From the NCBI GenBank assembly GCA_002633005.1, contig NMRA01000572.1, positions 199,817 to 252,966 on the forward strand: DNA of 53,150 bases. The letters run 5' to 3'. Under the pieces are notes generated by a model, which ran no database searches, was not told where the DNA came from, and saw nothing but the letters and a program-made list of their open reading frames with translations. Shown one piece after another: positions 9,276 to 21,890 of the stretch (positions within the stretch are counted from its first letter, which is position 1; each line of letters opens with the position of its first letter). The translations under genes were made by a program, and so were the position numbers. The stretch is from Phoronis australis. Its lineage: Eukaryota > Animalia > Phoronida.

Positions 9276-11812
9276 CAGGGTGTCCACTAACACAAGGCCT
9301 TGAAAAAATAGGAAAATATGAAATTGTAAGTAATAAATAAGAAAAACAATCAGGGCTATTCCAGCAAAATCTGTATGGGAGGGGGGGGGGGGCACTTTTA
9401 TTTCGTACCCACCGCCCATATTTTTCATTTATTTCTCCAACCCATGACCCATAATTTTTTAATTATTTTTAATAGGTTAAAATATAAAATCCAACACTTG
9501 CAAACAAATTGCCTCCAGGAGGACCTGTTAAGAACTTAGATGACTGACAGACAAGAACTAGTTGTTTTGTCCAATATTGTCAAAAACTAAAGTAGCCTGT
9601 GAGCAATACTTTTGGCAGCCACCAGGTGTCTCTGTTCACCTTGCGTCTATATTTTCAATGAACATTTTTTCATTTATAAGGATCTATGAATTTCAAACTG
9701 TTTCCACGAACTCTTTTATACTTCTATGTCAAGTGAATATTGGAACTTGTTTATCTTACTCCTCATACTTTTTATTTAAAAATCATCAATTTTCTTATAG
9801 GTGTTAACACCAGTTTAGTGTTGCATAACTTTTCAATTCAATAGGACTGCAGACAAACAGTTGGCTCAAATAAAGTTGCCCATGACTTGATTAATGGCTT
9901 AGTGAACATATTGCACTCTGTTCACAGGCAATATGGGCTTTTTTGTATTGGGATAAGTTAGGATATATGCCAGTTGCAACCTGTCAACATCAACAGGTCA
10001 AAAAATACCACCCATTTTTAATGCATCACTTCTTACAGGAACGACCACCCATAATTTGATTTTTTTTTCTGAAGACCACCACCCTACTGCAGGCCCCCCC
10101 TCCCACACAGATTTTACTGGAACAGCCCTCACGACAAAATAGGAGTAACTTTATGTTGTTGTCTCAGCACAAAACACAAAAACAAAACAACTATATTTTA
10201 CATATCAGTTCACATATGGAACACTTAGACAGTTTGTAAGTTACAGTTGACAAATAGATATTCTCAGTGAAACTGGGCACACAGTCTATGCTTTCTTAGA
10301 TTTCTTTGCAGAGACTGGTTCACTGAACATAGCTTTTTAAAGGAGCTTTATGTGTTTTGCTTTAAAGATGCTTTCGTTTTTCACGGATTTTGTCAATGCT
10401 CAGTTCACCACATTTTGCTATTGCAAAGTCGAGCATCATGGATGCAATGGTCACTGTCTGATTGGACACAGCTGATGACCTAAACAGTGCTTCTCGGAGT
10501 TATGCATTAGCCTCTGACATGAGCTCATCCACTGCCTTCAACTCTTCAAAGATATTTTCTTCTTCATTAGCGAGATCGTCTTCTGATTCAAAAAGTTTTT
10601 TTTTCACGTTTCAACTTTTCCTGCTGTTTCTGTCGCATCTCCAACTTTACACGCTTGTGCTTCTTGCTGTAATTGCTAATGTTCTTGTCTCTCTTCTTCT
10701 TGAATGTGCAGATTTGTAGGACATCTGAGTCCCTTCGTCAATGGAATTGTCTAAGGCTTGCCGTCCACAGGATCATAAAACCAAACAGCTTCCTTCACAG
10801 CACGGAGGCTTACCATGGTTACTTCACTCACACAAATCTTTAGAAAGCATGTGAAAATTAATAGACAGACTTCTATCTGACTCGGCACTAGTTTGTGCAA
10901 GGACGAGGTCAGCTTTCACTATTGATGGGAGCACTTCATATCTACCTCTTCCGTCCACACCACTCAGTGAAAAAACACCGTTCCAGAAATCTTCAACTTC
11001 AGCACAGGAAACTAACGGTGGCACATCTCCATCACACTGATACATTTTCCATTCATCAACCACCCAAGACATGTCCGCAGTTGGTTGCACCTTCCGTCAC
11101 ACTGATACATTTTCCATTCATCAAACACCCAAGACATGTCTGCAGTTGGTTGCACCGTCCTAACCACTGACCTTGGATAGCCGCCACAGAGCTCTTGCTT
11201 TCCCGTTTCAGAGGACTCAGCAGTGTGTTGTGAAGTGGCAAGCGGCTCTGTAAGTACTGTATTGAAACAATGGAGAAATAGCGGCTCTGTAAGTACTGTA
11301 TTGAAACAATGGAGAAAGAGCGCATATAAGACCAACTTGCTCATCTCAGGCTTACGCTTCGGTACTCTACCCAATGACCAGTTCCTTGTCTGTTTATCAC
11401 TTTAATTAACTTAAGTTTCATCCTTATTAAAATACTTACAATTATTCCAAGTAGTTTCACCACCATGAAGTGCTGTCTGCACATGTATAGCAATGTGCAT
11501 GAGAGGTGGGAGGTTTAGTCGCATAGGTAATTGCTCTTTGTACCTTCGATTTTCAAGAGTGTACAAACACAACTAGACCCCCCCCCAGTTGTAATGTGTT
11601 TGAAGCTCAAAGAAACAAGTTCACTTAACCCTGCAGCATCAATTATTTAAGCCCAACACTTAAATGAACTAAATGTCAGCTATGAGAAACAACGGTTTAT
11701 TGTTGGCCTTTTACTTACTCACCATCCGTGAAAAATAAGAAAAATAGGAATTTCACTTTCACAGAAAAGTAGGAATAGAAAAAATAAGAAACTCGACAAC
11801 CTGGCAAGCCAC
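9276..11812 (-). mobile_element. Decayed hAT-like transposon with a C-terminal transposase remnant
   Basis: Minus-strand ORF 10824..11090 contains ...DFWNGVF...RYEVLPSIVKADLVLAQTSAESDRSLSIN, similar to the hAT dimerisation-domain S-A-x-x-ER-x-(F/L)S motif. The left end is cagggtgtcc, and aaaaataggaa subterminal motifs occur near both ends. The boundaries are approximate. Confidence 0.6.
9352..10129. mobile_element. Non-autonomous TIR element nested in the hAT remnant
   Basis: About 35-bp TIRs AGGGCTATTCCAGCAAAATCTGTATGGGAGGGGGGG / CCCCCCCTCCCACACAGATTTTACTGGAACAGCCCT. TSD not resolved. Confidence 0.8.
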
Positions 11813-12479
11813 GTTTTCAAATAGTTCACCCTAGGGTTAGTATTCATACTGTCAGTCAGTTAGCCCTCCATAGAATCAAGTCTTCAAATTATAGCCATTA
11901 CAATAATTTGAAGATTTGTTATTATTGCAATTACAAAACTCTAATTCCATTACAGTTACAAGCACTATTGTAGACATTTACTAGCTATTTTAAGAGAAAT
12001 CTGTATTTCATGGTCAAGTCTCCATAGTAAAAATCAGCTACTAGTAGTTTAATCTACCTGGTTGTCCACAATATGCGTGTTTACGTGCTGCGCATGCTCA
12101 ATTTGAAACTGCGGAGTCATGAATCTACAACAAATCGAGCATTTAAAAGCCTGCCTTTGAGACCAGAAATATGTATTTGAGATTCCACTCAACAATGAAG
12201 TGAAGTTAACATGACCCAAAAAAGACTGCTTAGACTTTTTATCACTTTCAAGAATGTTTGTTGGTGTCAAACTTCAGGGCATTTTCTGTATGTCTTTGTG
12301 ATCAATAGCCATTCACACACGGCATCATGTAATCTCTTATTGCTAGATACAGCTAAAGCTATGGCAATAACTCAATAGTTTCATGAGACAGGCCAGTACT
12401 GCCTTGAATTGTCAATATGGGACTGCACTAGACTGACTACGTGATAGATAAGGAAATATGAGGTGGTCACAATACATAC

Positions 12480-12612
12480 AACCCTTGAGCACGTCGCTTC
12501 AGTTTCTCATAGTACTGTTTCTTATTGGCAGGTTTCTGGCCCGTCGTGGTTCGGAATACCTTGGGGTTGTCCAAGACATCTCTCGACACTCCGATCCTTG
12601 GAGCAAAAGACT
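12480..12612 (-). CDS. GTSF1: GTSF1-like, coding exon 4
   Basis: Acceptor cattgtag, donor TT/gtatgt. Translates as (E)SFAPRIGVSRDVLDNPKVFRTTTGQKPANKKQYYEKLKRRAQG. 133 nt, phase 1 to 2, which exactly bridges the phases of exons 3 and 5. Confidence 0.85.
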
Positions 12613-13277
12613 CTACAATGGCACAATGATGAAAATTACTCAACACGTTTATCAAACCTGTGGTCGTACAAACACCAAATAATTTTCATACTCCGTGAGT
12701 AATTTTCTTTTAAGAAGTAGGTTTAAAGGAATTTTGGAAATGATTATTGCAAAGAATAATTGAAGGAAAGAACTCTCAATACCACTGACAGAATGTTACT
12801 TTTCATATTTTTGAATTTTATAAAATTTTCCACAAGTTTTCCATGAATTGTCTCATTTTCCATATCTTCCAGGTTTTCTATAATATGGAAACTGCATACA
12901 CTTAAAAGTTTACAATAACAGCAACTTTGGGAAGATCAGTTACTTTCAAGGGACCATTTTTACTTACATACTTTCGTGTCACATGGGAGGGAAGATCAAG
13001 TGCAAACGAAAAATCTTTCTTCAGACACTCCATTCTAACAAATCAAAATGCAAACATTTCTAATTTCAGCAATTGCACATTTTTTGGCTAAAAGTTTACT
13101 TGCATAGTTTCATTAAATTTGGTTACGATGAATAAAAGTGTTCTTCGCTTAGTTTCAGATCATTACATGTTTTTCGTAAATTTTGGGACACCAAAAACAA
13201 GTAAGCACTGAAAAAGGCTACAATCTATAAACATATAGAAAGTTTACTATTCAAGAATACACTTCAGCTTCACTCAC

Positions 13278-13367
13278 CACTTTCCCAGTCTTCATAGCTG
13301 GGTGGGGGTGTCCATTTGTTGTAGGCGGGCACATCTGTGTTGCCCTTGAATACACCGTCCTCACTGG
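13278..13367 (-). CDS. GTSF1: GTSF1-like, coding exon 3 (Trp-containing putative PIWI-binding segment)
   Basis: Acceptor tgttgcag, donor G/gtgagt. Translates as (A)SEDGVFKGNTDVPAYNKWTPPPSYEDWES, which resembles the vertebrate GTSF1 WQCPPCDEDWD segment. 90 nt, phase 1 to 1. Confidence 0.88.
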
Positions 13368-13469
13368 CTGCAACACAATGATTGACAAGTAACACGAAAT
13401 TATGATTGGCTACATTATTCAAACTAACAAATTAACAATGACATTTGATCAGACCTAAACAAAGATTAA

Positions 13470-14955
13470 AGAAGAATGCCACCCGATTTAATTTGTCTTT
13501 TTTAGCATCTTAATCGGTCTATATCCACATCGCCTCTTATACGGTCGACCTCACCTTGCCGAGAAGTGTCGCGTTAACCTGTGAAGAAGATGAGAAACGA
13601 TGCAGCGACGTCAGTGGTTAGTCCGCAAAGTGAATGCCGCTATATTGCGGTGTATCATTCCCGCTTGTCCGAACTATGAAGCTGCGAAGAAAGCGAGTAT
13701 ATCGTTTTTTCAACTTCCCCAAGAGCCTGAAATACTTAAGAAGTGGCTTCCGGTAGTGAAGAATGAAAGGTATGCTGTTAATAACAAGTATGAGGCCGTG
13801 AAACATCTCCGTGTCTGTGGTCGGCATTTCGTCGACAGTGATTTCTCTGACGAATTCCAGCTTACCAAAGAACTATTCATACGTTCCGTTGCCTATGCAT
13901 GTTCACGACGCCTCTCTAGTATTTCTTGATCAGTGTATTCTGGTTTGAAGAGATAGCCTGGGAAAGCTAACGATCCAACCCGTGAAGTCTTCGTCGGATG
14001 AGCTCACGACTAAGTTGGGATTGGTGCCGGGCGAGTTGCCATGTAGAGGTTTATTATTCTGCATTCTGTTTCTACTGAATTATTCTCATCCTAAAATGAT
14101 CCTAACCAAAGTTTATACGAAACTGAAACAAAGCCTGTCTCATTAGATACAATTTGTAATGCCTTGGAGTGCTCGTGAGTGCAAATGTTTTGAGAAGCCA
14201 GCAATGAATAAACCATTGTAATACCGGCTTTTGATGCCGGCAATCAAAGGTAATAGACCGGGCACCGAGGCCGTGTGAGCACGAGCTAATTCAGTGTTTG
14301 CTGACAGAAAGCTGTTGTGAAACAATTACTCGATTTTATATGATATGGTCACATGTTAGGGGAATCTTTATTTAGAAATACAAATACATTATTCAAATCA
14401 TTGTTACTGTACAACCTTTGTCCTGACGGTCTGTGGAAGGGGAAAACGACTTTGCACCCCCCCNCAAGTAATTACTCAACTCAAGCTGTTTTATGTTTGT
14501 GTTTGTTGCCGCGCCGGGCCTGATCAGGTTCTGAGCCACTGGCCAGGATAATAAGTCAGTCTGGCCGCGACGGGCCTGACTGGGATCCGAGCCACTGGCC
14601 GGGATAACAAACGTTTTGTGCGTTTTGTTTGTATGTCCAAATACCAGTAAATCCAGAACAGCGAAATAAAACAACACATTTTTATAAGAATTCGGTGTAT
14701 TTTTAAGGGTTTTACATTGAAGTTTGATGATTTATTGGTGTTAAACGATGAATTCAAGCGATAAGCTGACACCACTAACCCAAGTTGTAAACTGCTGAAC
14801 CGACTGCGTGTGAAACCCTTAAAATAGGTCACTGGATAATTTCAACACCTGCGTCTGCCGCCAGGTGTCAGGTAACGCAACCGAACCTGTCGTAATCGAG
14901 TAGAACTACTCGATCTAAATTGATACAAAATAGGTTTTTTGGGTGTCATTCTCCT
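13470..14955 (+). mobile_element. Kolobok-like non-autonomous transposon, copy A, with a THAP-domain remnant
   Basis: TTAA|AGAAGAATGCCACCC ... GGGTGTCATTCTCCT|TTAA, with RR...YY termini. ORF 13600..13929 carries a C2CH THAP signature (CIIPACPN...FFQLP...KKW...LRVCGRHF). Confidence 0.88.
13600..13929 (+). pseudogene. THAP zinc-finger transposase N-terminal remnant
   Basis: C-x4-C...F-x-x-P...W...C-x-x-HF pattern. Frameshifted start and no catalytic domain in frame. Confidence 0.8.
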
Positions 14956-15109
14956 TTAAGTCCTTGCGTGACACAATGTAATATACGTGCACAATCAATA
15001 CATATCATTTGCAATCTGACAATGGAACAAGAGCAACACAGAGCATTGAAATGCCCTCACAACAGCACCGTTAACAGTGTGCTTGTTGGTGTGTCTTTAG
15101 TATCATAAA

Positions 15110-15864
15110 AATGACCACTAGAGGGCACAGAATCCATTAAAACCTGTCTGAAATTGGAAAGCTGCTCTCAACTCTCTAATACAAAAATATTTGCCTAACT
15201 TCTTAAAAATACGCCAAGAACTCTTAAAATACAGAGGAAAATGAAAAAAAAAATTGGCACTAGTGGGCACAATGGTACTCGGATCAGTTCGACACTCGTT
15301 AACATTGTAGTTGACTCTACAGAAACATATCTCTCAAGTTTCACAAAGCTACTCCACAGTGTCCACAGACACAAAAAATCACCAATAGGGGTGTCAGATT
15401 AGTCACTCCTGCCTGAAAGTCAGCGTCTGTTGCCTTCTCCTCAGGAACACATCTGCAAACTTTTATCATGATTTTTGAGCGATTTGACAGATAGAGAGGT
15501 GGACGACAGATAATGGACTCAAAATTAACAAAAATTGCAGATGGTGGCGTAAATTACATCAAATATGTCGAAAAAGGAATGAAATCGTCGTCTCCTTAAT
15601 AAAAACGATTCAACAACTTTCAAATAATTCCATCAAGGAACTCTGAAAACACAGAGGCAAAGTAAAAAATAAAATTGCGACTAGGAGGCACAGCGTTAGA
15701 GGAACCATTCCAAAATTCTTTGTCGGCTTCATAGGAACACATCTGCCAAATTTCACCGAGATGCTGCAAAGAGTTTAGGAGATACAATATTGGACAACAA
15801 CGAAGGCCCAGACAGAGATGATGATAATATGAACCCATATGTTTATATGTGGGTGCATAAAAAG
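15110..15864 (+). mobile_element. Helentron/DINE-like non-autonomous repeat
   Basis: Internal degenerate tandem units (ccactagagggc...acacatctgccaaatttca), a gaca/gacg-type simple repeat, and a 3' hairpin at 15829-15858 followed by ataaaaa. Confidence 0.6.
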
Positions 15865-16485
15865 CAGACTACTTTTGCAACATAAGCAAGTCACAGCAAC
15901 GAAAAGAAAAAAATTAAATTTTCTACCATCTGACCCATTTCAGAAGACAGAGGATGAGGCAAGGCAAACGAAAACACTTGAAAGGTGGTCTTTTGATTTG
16001 CTAACCATTCTCACTTCCTCACGTTTCGATTGGCATACAGTCCATAATATAACTGAACAGTTGGCCAATCACAAAGCAGAAAATATCTTCTGTGTCATTG
16101 CATAACATTTCCAGAACAGAGAAAATGAGACCAATGACCGACTCCAGCATTGTTTGCTGTGTCAGACAACAAACCTTGGAACAAGTTTGCATCAAGGTAC
16201 CCCATGCAGCGTCACCAGCGTTTTGGACTGTGTTTTGGTCCGTTTTTTGGCATAGAGCCTTTTATTGTTTTAATACATGTTGGCGTTTCTAATCACACAT
16301 GATAAAATGATGGTGGAATGAATGATTCACTAATTGCTCGAACAGCAAAATGCGATTTTGACCAATTCATAATACTTTGCAACATTGCATGCTTAATTTA
16401 AGTCAAAGTTGACACTGATCATTTTAGATGCTATTTACACACTAACCTGCAGCGAAACAGAACACAATAATACCATAATACTAAC

Positions 16486-16615
16486 CAGTGGCATACACGT
16501 CTTGCTCGATCATGTGACGGTTTTCACATCTCAGCATGTGATAGCGCAGCTCCGGTTTAGGCATCTCGTGCCGTGCATTGAATGGGCACACGGCGTACTC
16601 CTTTCCAGTCCAGTT
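16486..16615 (-). CDS. GTSF1: GTSF1-like, coding exon 2 (second CHHC zinc finger)
   Basis: Acceptor ttcgccag/AAC. Translates as NWTGKEYAVCPFNARHEMPKPELRYHMLRCENRHMIEQDVYAT; CPFNARH is typical of GTSF1 finger 2. Donor G/gttagt. 130 nt, phase 0 to 1. Not in the ORF track. Confidence 0.93.
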
Positions 16616-16852
16616 CTGGCGAAAGTTGAAGATTAAGTGCAATATGAGTTCAGTTGAAGATCTAAGTGCTATCTTTCAACGACAAAGCCAGTACTTTTAA
16701 TTTAACAAGAGCAACAGAAGGGTGATGACAAGAGCCCATGCTGATGGTGCATCAAAAACAACACGTTTCTAGGGGCCACTAGGTGCTGCAGTGATTGAAT
16801 TTACTCAAAAATCAAACAATTCAGGCGTATTGTCCTCACATAGCTCTGAGTC

Positions 16853-16965
16853 ATCTATCAATCAGTTCTCTATGCTACACCTGTCAATCAGTTCTCTATA
16901 CATCATCTGTCAATCAGTTCTCTCTATATATCATCTGTCAAATCACTTTTCTACATATCATCTGG
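16853..16965. repeat. Degenerate minisatellite of about 26 bp (catctgtcaatcagttctctata...)
   Basis: About 4 visible units. Confidence 0.8.
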
Positions 16966-18589
16966 ATACGTTCTTCCCTAACACTTTAAAAACTTTGATT
17001 TGAATATTTTTCTAATGGATTTACTATCCACTTTCATTTATAATAGCAAACTCAAATTTTGTAATTTGGTATCTGTCAGTAACCACCCTTTTTATATTTA
17101 ATGATAGTATAATTGTAATTCTGCTTGCACATAACGTTATCAATTTGCAGGCAGTAATTTTATTACTTTTTGTTCAATTTCTTAAGATGAAATAAACAGT
17201 TATCTAAGTAAGTACTTTAAAAGCCCGATAACAAAATGGACAATAGGGGAGGCTGAAGGAGCCACACTCCTCCAAATATAATGGTGACGACACACTTGAC
17301 ATTATATACCTCTGTGTCAAATTTCATTGAAATTCAGCAATCAGTTCTCCAGATATCATAGCTAAATGCTCTACAAAATGGCCACTAGGAGGTGCTGCAG
17401 TGGTCAAATCCATCTGAAAATCAAATGGTGCTGGGGCATTGCCATCAGATACCTCTGCATTAAAGGAGAATGCCACCCGATTTAATTAGTCTTTTTTACC
17501 GTCTTAATTGGTCTATATTCACATCGCCTCTTATACGGTTGACCTCACCTTGCCAAGAGGTGTAGCGTTAACCTGTGAGGAAGGTGAGAAGCGACGCAGC
17601 ATCATCAGAGGTTCATCTGCAGAGTGAATGCCGCTATAATGAGGCACATTGGTTACCACTTCTCCGAACTATGAAGCTGCGAAGAAAGCGGATAAATCGT
17701 TTTTTTCGACTTCCTCGAGAGTCCGAAATGCCTAGGAAGTGGCTCGCGGTAGTGAAGAATGAAAGGTATGCTGTTAATAGCAAGTATGAGACCGTTAAAC
17801 ATCTAAATGTCTGTGGCCGGCATTTTGTCGACAGTGATTTCTCTGACGAATTTCGGCTTACCAAAGAACTATCCATACGTTCCGTTGCCTATGCATGTTC
17901 ACGGCGCCTCGCTAATATATATTGATCAGTGTATTCCGGTTCGAACTGATAGGCTGTGAAACCTAACGATCCGACCCGTGAAGTCTTTGTCAGATGAGCT
18001 CTAAGTCGGGATTGGCGCCGGGCGAGTTGCCATGTAGACGTTTATTGTTGTGCGTTCTGTTTCAAAATGAATTATTCTCATCCTAAAATGATCCTAACCA
18101 ATGCTTATATGAAACTGACACAAAGCCTGATACAATTTGTAATGCCTTGGAGTGCTCGTGAGTGCAAATGTTTTGAGAAGCCAGCAATGAATAAACCACT
18201 GCGTTACCAGCTTTTGATGCCGGCAACGAAGGTAATTGACTGGGCACCGAGGCCGCGTGAGAGCATGCTAATTCAGTGTTTGCTGACAGAAAGCTGTTGT
18301 GAAACAATTACTCGATTTTATAAGCTATTGTCACATGTTAGGGGAATCATTATTAAGAAATAAAAATACATTATTCAAATCGTTGTTACTGTACAACATT
18401 TGCCCTCACGGTCTGTGGAAGGGGAACCCGAGTTTGGCGGCACCCGACAAGTAAGTAGCTTTTCAGTTTCGTGGCTAATGCACATAAATAATGGGGCTAT
18501 TCGGAGAATTCTCCTCGCGGTGTTGCTGCTGTACAAGTGGTGATTGAATTGCGCAAGCGTGGCTGTCTGCACGTAAACAACTGGTAAAA

Positions 18590-19640
18590 ATGCGTCGTTG
18601 CGCTAAGCCTTATTACTGCTAATTTCCCTGGTGCAAGTCTTCGACAGGTGGCCACAAATTCCCATAAGACCTAAGGTTACTATATTCATGGACAATTGCG
18701 GTCAACAGGGTCAACTAACTGACAAAAAGTGTGTGGATGCTGAAGCCACGTGTGTGCTCTATGACTATGCAGTTTGGAGACTACACAACATTACTTGGTA
18801 AGTTTTTAGCAATCTGTTTCTATCAACATCATTCGGTGATGTTATCCCCACCAGTTAAACCACTGAATAACAGGTTTACTGAGTGGAACTAAGTGTTTCT
18901 TTTTGGAAACTCACCCGATGCCGGGTAGGCTAGCAGCACATATTCATATTGTCCTGGGTGGGAGTGCTCCCAAAATATGAGGTGTATGGTACGTGAAGCA
19001 CAGAAGTCAAGAATGACTTTTTCACAGCAGTTTCTCTTCAAACTTCAAAAATATGCTGTTTACAATAAAATTCTCTAGATGAGTGAGTTTCCTTATTTTA
19101 TCTTGGACCCCACCCCCTGGACCACCAGCTCAGTTATCGAATTAACATGAATAAGCCTTAATTCAGTAAATGTCGTAACATTGCATTGGAAAAAAATGAC
19201 ACCTAGAATGAATTTTACTTGTTGAGATCAGAAGCACATTTTAAGTGTCATGAAAAATACACATTGTTAAATAACTTTTAGCCTGTTTCACATATTTTAA
19301 TTCAGATATTAGGTAAGACTTGGGTACAAAGGTTATTAGATTCTACACATAAACATGAAGATGAAATGTCAAGTATGTTCTGCCTTACAAAAGTAGTTTT
19401 GTCTTGTCTTTTCTTTTACAATTTGCTAATATTTCTATTCTGTTACAGGCGAGAAAAAACAACTGAAACCAACCGCCTGACCATCTATTTCACCGTTGGA
19501 CAAAGTGAAAAGCAATCCTTCAGCAATAACCTGAGAGAATTGAACGGAATTCAGAAATTCAGCATCTGATATGCCTGATTATGGACTCCCTCGCAATGTT
19601 GTTTCTTTCTGTGCTTTTTCAGTTTGCCATTTGTTTTTAA
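18590..19640 (+). pseudogene. Spliced THAP transposase pseudogene of the ISL2EU-like element
   Basis: Exon 18590-18797 reads MRRCAKPYYC*FPWCKSSTGGHKFP*DLRLLYSWTIAVNRVN*LTKSVWMLKPRVCSM...GDYTTLL, donor G/gtaagt. The exon from 19449 reads GEKKQLKPTA*PSIS (THAP AVP-box-like), followed by a possible DDE C-terminal tail (NGIQKFSI...VVSFCAF). Confidence 0.72.
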
Positions 19641-19799
19641 ATACACTGATAATTGTTTATTCTCGAATCTTGTGCATAGCAGATTCTTATCCAGCTACCT
19701 ACAATTCAAAACATACAATAAGACAATCGATGCAGTTCCTGAATGTCATTTCCCAATAATCTGTACCAAATTGAAAAGTTTTTACCAATAGTATAAAGC

Positions 19800-21890
19800 C
19801 TTTCTTCTGAAAGGAAAATTTAATGTCACTCAGCTTTTGGCTTTCATTTCACTGGGTTCTAGTTTCAATGGCCTATAGAAGCGCTTGTAAAAAAGGTCCA
19901 GTTTCAACACGTGGCTTTCTTAAATGTAACCTCATTCAGCCTCAATAACATCCACAATTAGATCCTTGAAGGTAAACACAGCAGCATATCACTTGAATCC
20001 TTTTGAGCCCAAAATCAGACTCTAAACTAGATCAGAGTGTGACTAGGTCTTCTTTAGCTTCAGTCCCTCATGTTTCTTCCAGGAAAGGAAATAAGCTATT
20101 GTCCACACATGACTCATTGCCTATGAAAGGGCATCCTCACCAACAAGGCTTATTTGTGTAGCAGTCAGATATAGTTCGTCTGGATACACAGACAGTCCAC
20201 TGGCACATTGTCTTATGGTAACTTAGTACTGCGATTCACATTTCTCCAGGGCCACTGACTTGCACATTGTGCCATGCAGCACTGCTGGTGTGTGGAAGTG
20301 CTGTGGGAAGAGAACGGAGTAACAAAGCTTGTCTATGATACAGCTTGAAGTGGCCTTAAAATGTCACTGAACCTGGAACAAATATTGAAATATGAATAGT
20401 TAAGTACTCCAGATTGGATCAAAAATGTTATCCGTTTTTCAAAAATATATGGTGATTGGTCTACAGTTTCACATAAAAGTAAATAATTACTATTTTCAGA
20501 AACCAAGGGTGTATATAATGAGTATTGCATAAAAGTGTGTTTTTATTCTTTATCCCTAGCCATAACAATTCTTTAAAAGCATCACTTGTCTGTAAAATAT
20601 ACAATTTTTTTGAGACAACTTCAAACCTTTGTTACCCATTTTCAAGCCTTTTTAATTTTGATACTTTCAGCAATTTTAAACTCAGATTACAGGTTCATGG
20701 GTCTGTCAAGCATACTTCTAGCCTAGGGTTGAGGGAACCGTTTTTAATTCTTCTAATAGAAGATATGAAGACTTGGGTCATTTAAAAATGATGGATAATC
20801 TTTCTGTTGTTTAAGAGTAATTATAAATCGTAAGGCACCATCAAAAATGCAATTTTCACAAAAATGGCAGTCATTTGAATTGATAACGACTTGCAACATT
20901 TCAAGACATGAGTTAAGACTATTCAGTCACTGTGAATTCGGAATATGTAATATATTTTCGTGGTTTTACAATTGATACAAGTAGCAAAACAGTTTCATGA
21001 AATCAACTTGAAGGGACTTCGTCAAGGTTAAGAATTACCTCACCATGCTCTTTTCCCCAAACATGTATTACCTGTCATTTCCACACATTCAGTTGTACCA
21101 AATATTACAACCCCCCATGCCAATCCCCCCTCGGGACTTGAATAAGTAATTTAACAAAATGACTTTAAAAATAGCTGTTCCTTTTCAAAGGCTTTGTTCG
21201 TTGTCTCCAATATTGAAAGTAGGCTTTGACAACAGATCTGCACTGGATGGGAAGATCTTGTTGGTTAGCTGCAGTCAAATGCTAAAAACCAATTTTTGTC
21301 CATTCAGGGACGGTGCAGAAGCGATGCATATCTCCTCTGCACGGTACAAGCCTTCAAACCTAAAAACCAAAGGTTACGTGAAAACTGACGTGATACATTT
21401 CCATTTCAACGTGTAATAGATTTCCAGAAGACATATGATAGGGAGTAAACAAATAGTCTAATGCAATGGATATTTATCACTCACGTACCCTTTGCCATTG
21501 GGATTGGATTGTAATCTTAACTCATTAACCTGTATCGAGTTGACAGCATAAACATTCAGCATTGATTGATGTAACTGTCACTGATAAACTTTTAGAAATC
21601 ATTCCAAACAATAATAATGCTTTGATGTACGAAAAGATCCCGATTGCTACGTCAAGTATCGTATCACATATCACAACATACAAAGATTAACCAGACTCTG
21701 GCTTGCGACTGACTGCCGCGAAGTCGACATCGGCGAGTGCCTCAGTTAACAGGCATCGGTAGAATAATCATGGAATAATCGTTAAAATAATCACAAACCT
21801 TACCTTTGTATGAGGTCGTGCTTACTTCCTCTCATAGAAGCACCCTTTTTACGTAATCTCAGATTCAGTTGGCACGGCTGCAAGCCATTT
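19800..21890 (-). pseudogene. SAP-domain plus YqaJ/lambda-exonuclease-like pseudogene (ISL2EU ORF2)
   Basis: The exon ending at 21804 reads QLNLRLRKKGASMRGSKHDLIQR/gtaagg (SAP-like). The exon starting at 20300 reads HFHTPAVLHGTMCKSVALEKCESQY*VTIRQCASGLSVYPDELYLTATQISLVGED, like the YqaJ HG..E..A and GL...YLxAxPD motifs. Many stops and frameshifts. Confidence 0.65.

Noticed and set aside
16441-16470. Acceptor directly followed by a donor (tttcgctgcag/gttagt), resembling a recursive splice site
   Set aside because: It is only about 40 nt from the exon-2 donor, too short for an intron, and using it as a donor would include a stop codon.
13600-17925. THAP ORFs as host THAP-domain genes
   Set aside because: Both lie inside TIR- and TTAA-bounded elements and are frameshifted, so they are transposon remnants.
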